DNA from: Thermodesulfobacteriota bacterium
Lineage (GTDB): Bacteria > Desulfobacterota > Desulfarculia > JACQYL01
Assembly: GCA_963675595.2 (NCBI GenBank)
Contig: CAXXLZ010000001.1
Location: 160,001 to 224,000, forward strand
Length of the DNA: 64,000 nucleotides
Direction of reading: 5' to 3'
Shown one piece after another: positions 22,701 through 30,567 of the stretch. Below the pieces are notes generated by a model. It was not told the origin of the DNA. It saw only the letters and a list, made by a program, of their open reading frames with translations, and searched no databases. How positions within the stretch are numbered: position 1 is the first letter of the stretch; the number at the start of each line of letters is the position of its first letter. A program made the position numbers and the translations under genes.

Positions 22701-22930
22701 ACGGCCAACCCATGGTGGGAGTCGCGGTGAACAGCACCGGGTCCGGATGGCTGCCGTCGACCACGACAGACGCTTCCGGCAACTACCTCCTGATCCTTGC
22801 AGCGGGAACCAACGCCGTGGTGACGCCGTCCAAGGCCGGTACGACTTTCTCGCCGCCGTCCCGGTCGTATACCAATCTGACCTCGGACCAGACCGGACAG
22901 GATTTCGTCGGCGTTCCGGACATCGAATAG
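19712..22930 (+). CDS. Secreted surface protein 4, paralog of protein 3 with 9 repeats
   Basis: 5' half and upstream region near-identical to gene 3; one repeat fewer; the 3' end resembles gene 1. Confidence 0.88.
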   Translation: MGRRSCFMTGLALFFLGVFLSGNVMAQYQGIWKDDVSEHAHNFYIQHYATGSTIVVYTQDARTFYAFISDMADEEFDAYSMDPARSKRLNIAFSSDESGTATITDNSEPSPQPVQVAIRKEFNAIRTQHSGIWKDPSNSVNIYLQEYETGSTIVVFTFDGLNYQAFLGSIDEASLEANNVADQSEVMTLDFSDISAAYVQVSSSDISSAGYPEDGFSYDILKKFPPPEFDYCFTADPRYGTAPLDVQFQDLSLENAASWSWFFGDGETSSEKDPVHTYAQPGTYSVSLGVSSQSGYYFLVAHDYIHVFETSDPVISGTITVAEGGTGLPYADVDFSNGGGSCTADGEGYYVHQTSDGWSGTATPSSTGYIFDPADRTYVYVTSDKPGDDYVAGAVETVTISGRVTTPGGGAEDVTITLSNGAGNAVTDLNGYYSVQVPKGWSGTVTPYAEDVVFEPSQRVFSQVDSNQVDQNFLVYVQIAGLIETLSCTPSLVPIPATGVTVVAAQGSDTWTAPTNASGAYDLRVPFGFTGVVTPEKEGWVFSPDQTAYVNLSSNQSGYFLGFVSDAYVVSGRVTEGGVGLAGVTIEFSNSGGTVLTDGGGNYSMELDPLWGGVVTPALEGYTFDPPSVSFVPYLPCDVPNTDFTAEAGTEPQVTISGYVRTESGAPLSGVLLTFGSAGEAQTNTSGAYTKTVPVGWSGTVIPYKSDYSFSPSSKTFSNVSGDQTQDFVGMPDYVTVSGTVETSSGTPMSGVGLTFSGSDGTVTTTTDASGNYSRQVSYGWSGTVTPSKTGYTFSPASKTFSNVTDDKTQDFVGTVPVITVSGTVYQNEAGIGISGVSGVAISYTGGSTTTDGWGYYSFEVTSGWSGTVTPSKTGYDFSPSSRSLSNVTSNQTDQNFLGTTQMFTISGTITASPGSQPLFDTTVSYSGGSTSTNSSGYYSFNVSYGWSGTVTPSRIGFSFNPPSRSYSNVTSDQANQNFGAELDMVNVTGTITSSTNGQPMVGVAVNSTGSGWLPSTTTDASGNYLLILAAGTNAVVTPSKAGTTFSPPSRSYTNLTSDQTGQDFVGVPDIE

Positions 22931-22975
22931 ACCTGAGCATGGTCCGAAGGCATGCCTTGGGATGAAGAACATGGG

Positions 22976-23010
22976 AAAGCCGTGCGCGGAAAAACCGCGC
23001 GCACGGCTTC
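22976..23010. terminator. Hairpin between convergent genes (likely terminator)
   Basis: AAGCCGTGCGCGG-AAAAA-CCGCGCGCACGGCTT inverted repeat. Confidence 0.6.
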
Positions 23011-23107
23011 GTGAGGAGGGGCCGATTTTCCGCTCGATCCGGCTGATGCACAGCAGCCGACCGCCGGGTAAGAGTCAATGGTATTCCTGATTGTTTGTCG
23101 GACTACG

Positions 23108-23728
23108 TCAGTTCTTCTCAAGGTAGTCTCGTATGATCCGCTCCGCTTCTTGTTCCAATAAGGGACCGGAAACCGTGATCTTGCGGTCGCCCTGGGAAAA
23201 GATGGGTCTCGCGGGTATTTCCGCCTTGAAACCGGAAAGGGCTTCCAGTCGCTCGGTCGACAACCCGTACACGACTCCGCTGATTCCGGCCATATAGATG
23301 GCCCCACAACACATGGGGCAGGGCTCCGCACTGGTGTACAGGGTGGCCCCGTGCAGTGTCTTGGGGCCGTACTCCCTGGAAACAGCGGCGATCAGGTTGG
23401 TTTCGGCATGATGGGTCGTGTTCTGGTCGGTATTGACCGTATTTCGAGAAGTCATGATAATGCGGCCGTCTTTGACCAGCAGCGCTCCGAAGGGTTCATT
23501 GCCCTCGTCTACGGCGGTTTGGGCCAGGGTGAAGCACCGGCGCATCAGCGAGGCATCGTCCAAGTTCAAGGCCCCGGATTCGCCGGCCTCGCCGGCCGAA
23601 GCCGTCCCGTAAAACGAAAGAACCAGTAGAATCGAAACTCCCAGACGTTTCAGCAGGAGATTCCTTGGGAATCCCCTGGCGGGTTGTCTTTCCGCCGATC
23701 CCGGTTCCTGAGCCGTGTTCATACGCAA
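23108..23728 (-). CDS. Nucleoside deaminase (cytidine/guanine deaminase zinc family) with an N-terminal signal-like segment
   Basis: EPFGALLV, HAE and EPCPMC zinc motifs; basic-hydrophobic-ASA N-terminus. Confidence 0.85.
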   Translation of the reverse strand: MRMNTAQEPGSAERQPARGFPRNLLLKRLGVSILLVLSFYGTASAGEAGESGALNLDDASLMRRCFTLAQTAVDEGNEPFGALLVKDGRIIMTSRNTVNTDQNTTHHAETNLIAAVSREYGPKTLHGATLYTSAEPCPMCCGAIYMAGISGVVYGLSTERLEALSGFKAEIPARPIFSQGDRKITVSGPLLEQEAERIIRDYLEKN

Positions 23729-23760
23729 GCCCCCAATTTTGGTGAGAATCCATTGTAATC

Positions 23761-23933
23761 ATTCACGGGGTGGACTTTTCTATTGGTTGCCCGGGGGAAC
23801 ACCGTTCCCCCGGACCCCCTTCGCGGGTTCCGTCCCTTTCGGGGCGAAGCCGAACTTGGGAATTCCTTTGCCCATTCAGCGGATGTAGGAAACATTGGGA
23901 ATTGGTAAGGCAACCCGGTTTCCCCCCGTGAAT
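23761..23933. repeat. Small inverted-repeat (MITE/REP-like) element, copy 1
   Basis: Ends ATTCACGGGG...CCCCGTGAAT; internal CCGGGGGAACACC shared with the copy at 27129-27201. Confidence 0.65.
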
Positions 23934-23937
23934 ACGC

Positions 23938-24859
23938 GTGCGCCAGGCGAAGCTCTGGCGATCCTGGCGGATGAAAGTTCCGCCCGCGGTAATTGCCTGT
24001 TCACCGCGAAGTCGCCGGCCCGGCGCGCAGGGGTAACCCGAGGCGTCAAGCGGGCCGGAAAAGGCCGTAAGGTCAGATAGAGTGCAGGCCGTAACGCAAG
24101 TGAACTCGCTTCGGCCTCGTTACACGCATGGCGGCGGTGACCTTCCACGTATATGGGGAAACCTGCCAATGGTGCGATGGGAAAACAGGAGCGTCGCACC
24201 ATGCCGCCCGGGGCGTTTGGAGACGGCATGTACTCGAAGGAGCGCCGGGGAACCCGGGAGACCCGGCGGGACGGGCAGGGCGGCAGGTAGCCCGAGTCCA
24301 AACGGCGGCGGGGAATACATAACCCGCTGCACGGTCCCGGCCGGGAGTCGGACTTGCCCATAGTAGCGAAGAAGTCCTGGAAACAGGATGGAGCCAAGGG
24401 GCAGGACTTTGATCGTGTTTCGGACGAATGGAGGAAGAACCGCTTGGACGGAAAACGTCCCACTACGGATCGGGTCAAGCCGGAAAATGGAGTGGCCGCC
24501 AAAGTCTCCCTTCTTCGGATGAAACTGGGCCTCAAGGCCAAGCAAGAACCGGCCACAACCGGTTCCGTCGATTCATGAAGACGAGGAGCCACCGGCGCTG
24601 TCAACACCTGGACGGGCCGTCGCTGTATGCGGCGCTGCGCACGAAAGGGGTGGTCTACCTGCATGAGAAAGCCGTCAACTCCTTGCGAATGCCTTGTCGC
24701 TGAAAGGTCATCGGAGAGCCGGATACGGGAAATCCGCACGTCCGGTTCGACGAGGGGGCGCTGTCGGTAAGTAAGATTAGACGACACGTAGTAGCTGCGT
24801 GCAGCGAGGCGTCACTAAAAGTCGGCCTGAACTCCTTTGCCGTCAGGGCTCTACTCTAC
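23938..24859 (+). mobile_element. Group II intron, internally deleted (RT/maturase ORF mostly lost)
   Basis: 5' GTGCG at 23938. Domain V GAGCCGGATACGGGAAATCCGCACGTCCGGTTC (AGC triad) at ~24716-24748. 3' end CTACTCTAC at 24851-24859. The IEP N-terminus (KVSLLRMKLGLKAKQEP) abuts a domain-X-like C-terminus (RFRRFMKTRSHRR...LYAALRTKGVVYL) in another frame, with no YADD core. Confidence 0.88.
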
Positions 24860-25225
24860 ACAATCCATTTCCCGACCGCTCCCCCGGCATACGGGAGCAA
24901 CCGCCTCACAACCACTCTATTTCATAGGAAGGGAATACGGACATTGCAGAGTCAGGATAGAGCATGAAGTCGGCAAGAGCAACAGGCCATGGATTCGGTG
25001 GGCATTCCATGTATGGAATCAACACCTATTCGCTTGACGGATGAATCGCTGAAGTCCCGGAAGCGTACCCGACTATTGACTACGGGCTCCCGCATAGCGC
25101 GGTTCACGGGGTTGCGTTTCATCCTTCTTTTTCAGGGGGCCGGGTATTGTCCACTCGAACAGCGAACATCGCCTAATGAAGCGAAGAACCGGTCGTCATC
25201 CCGGCTCGTAACCAATGCACCCTCA

Positions 25226-25528
25226 TCAATCCACTGCGGGATAGTGCAGGGACACGGTGAATCGGCCCGAATGGTCGGGGATGTCGAGCCTGAGCTCGGC
25301 TGTTCCGGGCAGGGTGGGGTCCAGGTGCAAGGCATAGGGGTTGCCGAAGACGTCCATGGATGCGGCGACGCCGTGTTGACTGTCGGAGTCCAGGAAGGCC
25401 CACAGTTGCCCCGAGGCTGTGAACACCACCACCAGGCAAGTGCCCGGGTCGTAGTGCCGAACCAAAAGGTGCAATTCGTGGTCCTCCGTTTTCCAAAGAC
25501 CATCGGAAGGCTGCGTGGAAGCCGTCAA
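25226..25528 (-). CDS. Stand-alone ~100-aa GxWK domain protein homologous to the tandem domains of the giant surface proteins
   Basis: DGLWKTEDHELHLLVRHYDPGTCLVVVFTASGQLWAFLD aligns by eye with DGVWKDG...NFYVQTYATGSTLIIASPDGDTAYAFLD. Confidence 0.65.
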   Translation of the reverse strand: MTASTQPSDGLWKTEDHELHLLVRHYDPGTCLVVVFTASGQLWAFLDSDSQHGVAASMDVFGNPYALHLDPTLPGTAELRLDIPDHSGRFTVSLHYPAVD

Positions 25529-25662
25529 TTGGGAATTCCCGTCATTTTATTAACGGGCGAGGCGAGAGGATCCGGCCCCGGCAACGCAGATGAGTTTCTG
25601 CGTTCGAACGCTCGTCCCCAGCTCACGTCGGCACGCCCGTGTTTTTCCAATCCGACCGGACT

Positions 25663-25691
25663 TTGTATATTCGTCTCCTATTTTGTATAAT
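25663..25691 (+). promoter_or_regulatory. Putative sigma70 promoter of the thioredoxin-DUF2284 operon
   Basis: TTGTAT-17 bp-TATAAT, followed by the imperfect palindrome TATTTGATCTAGTAGAATA. Confidence 0.6.
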
Positions 25692-25742
25692 ATTTGATCT
25701 AGTAGAATACTGTTTTATTCCATGCACAGGAGCTGGGAAGAA

Positions 25743-26495
25743 ATGGAAAACAAAATTGTGATTATCGGAACGGAACCGCCGTGTCCTCGGTGTGATTATG
25801 TCACGCGCATGGTCCAAGACATCGTCGCGGAGATGGGGCTTGATGCGTCGGTTCGGCACATTGCCTACACTGGTGACGAGGCGCGCGGGATCGCCGAAAA
25901 ATGCGGGCTTTTACCCGGCACGGCCAAAGATGTCGCAAAAACGGTCGCCGTGACGGTGGATTGGGACAGGGTGTATGCTCTGATTGGAGAAACGTCGCCT
26001 GAGCCGGATCAGGCCTCCTGCTGCGGCACGCCGGGGCAAAGGTGGTCTCCGGCGCTCGACGAGGCGTTACGACCATGCGAAGAGAGGGCCCTGGAGGCCG
26101 GCATCATGATGACGCCCGTGCTGGTGATCAACGGGAAGAGCGTTCATCAGGGCAGCGTCCCCGAACGAGCACAAGTCGTCCAATGGATCAAAGAAGCCTT
26201 TGAAGCGGCGTCCGATACGGGCGAAGGTCGAGACGTCGTGGAGATTCTGGGTGTTGGGTGCAAGAGATGTGATACACTCTATGAAAGAGTCGCATCCGTC
26301 ATAACCGAAATGGGGATCACCGACAGGGTGGCCTTGAAGAAACGATCCGACATCGGCTACTTTGCGGAAAAAGGGGTGACCATGACCCCGGGACTGGTCA
26401 TTAACGGACAAGTCGTGTCCATGGGGCGACTTCCGGATTCCGAGCAGCTTCGCCGCGATATCGACAAATATCTGGATTTGAGTGGGAACAAGTAG
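25743..26495 (+). CDS. Thioredoxin-family protein with two small redox-active disulfide domains
   Basis: IIGTEPPCPRC...GIMMTPVLVING and EILGVGCKRC...GVTMTPGLVING, plus an internal CC. The alternative start is 25722. Confidence 0.8.
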   Translation: MENKIVIIGTEPPCPRCDYVTRMVQDIVAEMGLDASVRHIAYTGDEARGIAEKCGLLPGTAKDVAKTVAVTVDWDRVYALIGETSPEPDQASCCGTPGQRWSPALDEALRPCEERALEAGIMMTPVLVINGKSVHQGSVPERAQVVQWIKEAFEAASDTGEGRDVVEILGVGCKRCDTLYERVASVITEMGITDRVALKKRSDIGYFAEKGVTMTPGLVINGQVVSMGRLPDSEQLRRDIDKYLDLSGNK

Positions 26496-26504
26496 GGAGG
26501 AACC

Positions 26505-27113
26505 ATGAACGGAGACGCCAAAACCATCAATGAGATACTCGAATCGCTGATTCAAACGGCACGCGAAAAAGGAGCGAGCGATGCCCAAGCGGTTTCGGCC
26601 GCGGACGTGACGGTGGATGAATCGTTGACCAATTTCTGCAAGGATTCCGGATGCGAGAACTACGGCCTTGCCGCCTCTTGCCCGCCCCACGTTTCCGGAC
26701 CCGCGGGTTTTAAAGAGCTGCTGAAGGATTACGCCCGGGCGGTGGTGTTCAAGATCGACGCTCCCACCGAGACCCTTCTCTCCAAAGAAAGCCTCAATCT
26801 GTTCCGGTCGCTGCACAAGATCGCGTCCGGTGTTGAAAAGGCGGCCATCGACCTGGGATACACTCGTTCAAAGGCTTTTGCCGGTGGATCCTGTAAGCTC
26901 TTGTTCTGTCCCGATCACCCGGATTGTCCGGTTCTGTCGGACAACGGTGACTGTCGCCATCCGCAAATTGCCCGGCCGTCCATGTCCGGCTTCGGCATCA
27001 ACGTCTCCCGGCTCATGAAGGCGGCGGGATGGGAAATGGACCGGATCACGCGAGAGACGGACCCGGAGGCGGTGAAAATGGGTATGCTCTGCGGACTCGT
27101 GTTGATCGGTTGA
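26505..27113 (+). CDS. DUF2284 family predicted metal-binding protein
   Basis: C...GCENYG..SCPP, AGGSCKLLFC and CRHPQIARPSMSGFGINV motifs; strong RBS GGAGG. Confidence 0.82.
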   Translation: MNGDAKTINEILESLIQTAREKGASDAQAVSAADVTVDESLTNFCKDSGCENYGLAASCPPHVSGPAGFKELLKDYARAVVFKIDAPTETLLSKESLNLFRSLHKIASGVEKAAIDLGYTRSKAFAGGSCKLLFCPDHPDCPVLSDNGDCRHPQIARPSMSGFGINVSRLMKAAGWEMDRITRETDPEAVKMGMLCGLVLIG

Positions 27114-27128
27114 TCATGGAAGTCAGCC

Positions 27129-27201
27129 ATTCACGGGGGGGCCTTTGTATTGGGTCACACCGTCTCCGGGGGAACACCATCACCCGGGATACCCCGTGAA
27201 T
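27129..27201. repeat. Small inverted-repeat element, shorter copy 2
   Basis: Same termini ATTCACGGGG/CCCCGTGAAT and the same flanks (preceded by C, followed by AC) as 23761-23933. Confidence 0.65.
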
Positions 27202-27224
27202 ACCTGTTTAGGTAAGGCCGTCAA

Positions 27225-27980
27225 ATGCCCGACCTCATCCTGACCCTCTGTCTCTTGGGAGCTTTCTCCCTTTTCCCTCTCATCATTCGATTCGGCCGTG
27301 CTTCAATACAGGAGCGATCCCGGTACAAATCCGGGCAGGTCGGCATGTTTATCTACCGTAATCACCTAGTCAAGGGATACGAAAATTATGACGGCCTGGA
27401 CCGTTTGATGAGCAGGATGATGATTCATCGGGACGATACCGGACATATGGTTTCAAGAATTTGCTTCGACCCTTCCGGGGCCATGCTGAAACGCTTTGAA
27501 TACGAAGTGGACAAGAACGGATTGATGACCAAAAAGACTCGGTTTGACCGGGACAATCAAATGTCGTGGTATGCGGTCTATCAATACGACGAAGTTGGAC
27601 ATCGGACCGAGCAGTGCAACTATCATCCTCAGGGTTCCCCTACAACAAAGGTGACTTTCTACTATGATTCACTTGGAGAACGGATCCGGAATGAAGTCTA
27701 TGATGCCGAGGGTCGCCCCATAAAGATCCACATCTATCTGTATGATGAACGACACCGAAGGATAAGGGATCTGACCTTCGATTTAACGGGTGAGATTCTA
27801 GGCGGCACCAAGTATTTTTACGGAGACTCGGGCTTTATCTTCAGAATCGAGTACATCGATAAGAACGGCGGACTGGAGGGTTATAACGAAATTGATTGTG
27901 ATTCCGATGGAAACCGTCTGGTGAAAAGAGATTACGATTCAAGTGGAACTCTGAAATCAACAACAAAATATCTATACTAA
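27225..27980 (+). CDS. Membrane-anchored YD/RHS-like repeat protein
   Basis: N-terminal hydrophobic segment, then ~24-aa repeats of Y.YD..G.......YD..G. Confidence 0.7.
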   Translation: MPDLILTLCLLGAFSLFPLIIRFGRASIQERSRYKSGQVGMFIYRNHLVKGYENYDGLDRLMSRMMIHRDDTGHMVSRICFDPSGAMLKRFEYEVDKNGLMTKKTRFDRDNQMSWYAVYQYDEVGHRTEQCNYHPQGSPTTKVTFYYDSLGERIRNEVYDAEGRPIKIHIYLYDERHRRIRDLTFDLTGEILGGTKYFYGDSGFIFRIEYIDKNGGLEGYNEIDCDSDGNRLVKRDYDSSGTLKSTTKYLY

Positions 27981-28055
27981 CGCAAGATGTCACGGCGGGC
28001 CATAAGCCTCCTTCCTTTGCCTGGTGCCCCGGGTTGGGTTTCGAACCGAATCCAT

Positions 28056-29318
28056 CTAAAACAACAGGCTCCGGGCGCCGACGGCGGGATCATAGGACAG
28101 GGGGGAGTTGAGCCGGATTTCCTTGATGGTCTCCTCTTGATCGAAGCCGTAGGGGTGACTGGACGGTGAGTTTGCATAGTACCAGTCCGCATCGTTTTCG
28201 GCTACGCCCTGTATGTCACGCAATCCCGGCATTTCCACGAACCCGAAACGGTCATGGGAGCGGACCCACTGCCATGCGTATTCCAGAAAGGCGTTGCGCT
28301 CCTCCTTTTCCAGCCGAGCGAACCAGGTCACCTCGTCGCATCCCCAAACGCATTCCGGCTTGATGCACGCTCCTGGAACGTCCCCCGCGTAGCCGTGGTC
28401 GAATTCGACGAGATATAAGGCGCGTGAGGTGTACCGTCCATCCGGTGCTTCGCCGCCTTTGGTCAATCCGTAAACGGCATCCAAGAACCCCATTTCCAGA
28501 ACGCCCTCGTTGGTTTGACTCCCGTCCACTTCTTTCACGCGAAGTGGGTATTCACAGAAATCCAGCAGCAACCTTCCCCCCCGCACAATGCCGTGCGTAT
28601 GCGCATTGAGCAACACCACACCACGGCGCGCGTGCTGTGCGGCATAGTTGCGAATCAGAGTCGCCAGATCCTCCAGATGGGCATAGTCGGAGTCGCACTC
28701 GCACATCCATTCCAATTGCCCCAGGTGGAGTGCTTCAATGCCGGCGCTGATATAAGAGGCGGCCTGGTAGAACATCCACATCCGCGTTTCGAGCCGAGAG
28801 ACGTCGGGGACCGAGGCATTCTCAGGATATCCTTCGATGACCGGACTTTGACAGGAGAAGAGCATGCTCTCATAGTCGAAGTTTCTGCTTTGGACCGGAA
28901 CCTCGAACCACTCGAACACCCAGGAGGGTACGGCCACGTTTTCAACACCGTCGGTCACGAATTCGAATATGGCCGCCTCGAGCAGGATTTCGGGATCTAC
29001 TGCGTGAATCATCTGAATTCTAGCGGGGAGTGCCGCCACTTGGGCGGGAAAAACACTCTCGTTGCCCCAAATGAGTGTGGTGCGTCCCAGAAACTTAGCT
29101 CCCAAATTTGACACAAAGCGGATGTTTTCTTCCAGATATAGGTCTTTTTCGTCCAGCATGTTGGACATGGTTATGGCTCGAGACAGGTAATTGGACAGAA
29201 CTCGACGCCCGATGTTTCCCTGGAATGCGAAAGGGGATTGGGCCGCAACCTCGGCGGGGAAGGCCGACAGAAGAAGGCAGATACAAAGGACTATCCGGGC
29301 GGTGCCGCCGTTCGGCAT
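28056..29318 (-). CDS. Secreted hypothetical protein (possible TIM-barrel hydrolase)
   Basis: Signal peptide ending VAA-Q; long aromatic-rich ORF; no motif I can name confidently. The ORF track start is 29363. Confidence 0.7.
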   Translation of the reverse strand: MPNGGTARIVLCICLLLSAFPAEVAAQSPFAFQGNIGRRVLSNYLSRAITMSNMLDEKDLYLEENIRFVSNLGAKFLGRTTLIWGNESVFPAQVAALPARIQMIHAVDPEILLEAAIFEFVTDGVENVAVPSWVFEWFEVPVQSRNFDYESMLFSCQSPVIEGYPENASVPDVSRLETRMWMFYQAASYISAGIEALHLGQLEWMCECDSDYAHLEDLATLIRNYAAQHARRGVVLLNAHTHGIVRGGRLLLDFCEYPLRVKEVDGSQTNEGVLEMGFLDAVYGLTKGGEAPDGRYTSRALYLVEFDHGYAGDVPGACIKPECVWGCDEVTWFARLEKEERNAFLEYAWQWVRSHDRFGFVEMPGLRDIQGVAENDADWYYANSPSSHPYGFDQEETIKEIRLNSPLSYDPAVGARSLLF

Positions 29319-29538
29319 GAGTCTGGAGGATTCGCACGGTGATCGGTGATTTCGCACCGGCATTTCAGCTCCTCAACCACGGTCGTCTTCAGCGAAGATA
29401 ACGCATTTCTTAACGTTGGAATGCACTTGGGTCAAGGACTTTGCCCAAGATTCAGCATAACGGCCGAGAAGAGAAAAGAAGCCTCCCGGGAGCGGAGCGG
29501 CTCCGTTTCCCCCGGTTCCCCTCGGCTCTCATCGGAGA

Positions 29539-30567
29539 CTATGGGAGATATTTATCCCGCAAAATATCGGCCATGCCTTTTACAGCCGCAAAAGCATTTT
29601 CCACGGTACGTTCCTTGTCCGGGTTGACCAGACAGCAGGTGGCCGGTGAGAGCATGCTTCGAGCCGTCAGTCGCTCTCGATCAATTCCTTTGGACCACAG
29701 GACCTGCCAGACGCTTTCGAGGCGTTGTATCAAGGAAGGAATTCCTTCTCGTGAGAAGAAATCGGTCCCCGTGGGGACGATGCCCCAGACAAGGGCGCCG
29801 CCGCGGTCCAGGAACTTTCGTATGGAGGCCGCATAGGAGGAGAAAATTTCCGCGTTGGTATACACGTCTAGAGAAAGCACATCGAGGTCCAGGTTAAGGA
29901 GGAAATCCCAGTCCGGGTTTCCGCACAGATGGATGCCTCTGGGGCGGTCCACTTGGGAGAAGAATTCATCCAGATCGGCTTTGGCCTTCAAATCCCCATA
30001 CCCGGCCATGGCGGAAAACAGAAATTGCAGCCCCGGTTCATCCACAAACATAAAGGCATTGGCATTGCGCTGTTTGAGCCTCTCCAGTTGCACGTTCAAC
30101 CGTTTGGCCATGAATTCCAACATGAAGGGCCGAACGGTGTCGTCAAAGAGAATGGGGCGTTCATCTTGATCCAGGATGTTGAACCCGAAGCTGATGGGAC
30201 CCTCCAGCTGCCCTCTGATGGCGGGGCGGTCCGACAAGTCGATCTCCAGAAAGCGGTGATATACCGCCGAATAGGTTTCGCTGATGTCGAAAAGGGCGGG
30301 GTCGTCGAATCGCGTCAACGTGGGTTCCAGTTCTTCCATGAACTTCTCCATGGAGAAGTGCAGGGTCCGTTTTTCAACGTTCAGTACGATTCCGGGAAAA
30401 TGTTCGGCGGCCTGCACGTACATATCCTCGTAATAGCTGTAGTTGGGCAACTGGGGCCAAAAGGGCACGTCCAGTGACAGGGCCGTTTCAAGAGCGCGCG
30501 AAACATCCGTATGCGGCATCACCGCCATGGCGGTGGTGAGCAGGTTGCCCGGGATTGTGGAGTCCAT
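29539..30567 (-). CDS. Core (MetE C-terminal-like, MesB-type) methionine synthase family protein
   Basis: MPH...PFWPQLP...EDMYVQ, FVDEP, zinc ligands GIHLCG and SPATCC; single-barrel length. Confidence 0.7.
   Translation of the reverse strand: MDSTIPGNLLTTAMAVMPHTDVSRALETALSLDVPFWPQLPNYSYYEDMYVQAAEHFPGIVLNVEKRTLHFSMEKFMEELEPTLTRFDDPALFDISETYSAVYHRFLEIDLSDRPAIRGQLEGPISFGFNILDQDERPILFDDTVRPFMLEFMAKRLNVQLERLKQRNANAFMFVDEPGLQFLFSAMAGYGDLKAKADLDEFFSQVDRPRGIHLCGNPDWDFLLNLDLDVLSLDVYTNAEIFSSYAASIRKFLDRGGALVWGIVPTGTDFFSREGIPSLIQRLESVWQVLWSKGIDRERLTARSMLSPATCCLVNPDKERTVENAFAAVKGMADILRDKYLP

Noticed and set aside
8700-22930. CRISPR-like array suggested by recurring TGGAGCGGCACGGTGACGCC
   Set aside because: The repeats recur about every 240 bp in frame and encode WSGTVTP; they are protein repeats, and no cas genes are present.
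23876-24787. 303-aa minus-strand ORF
   Set aside because: It is the antisense reading of the group II intron; EPDVRISRIRL is the typical antisense translation of domain V.
5840-24859. Diversity-generating retroelement acting on the repeated surface genes
   Set aside because: The nearby RT-related sequence is a group II intron relic with no RT core, and differences between the repeats are not adenine-specific.
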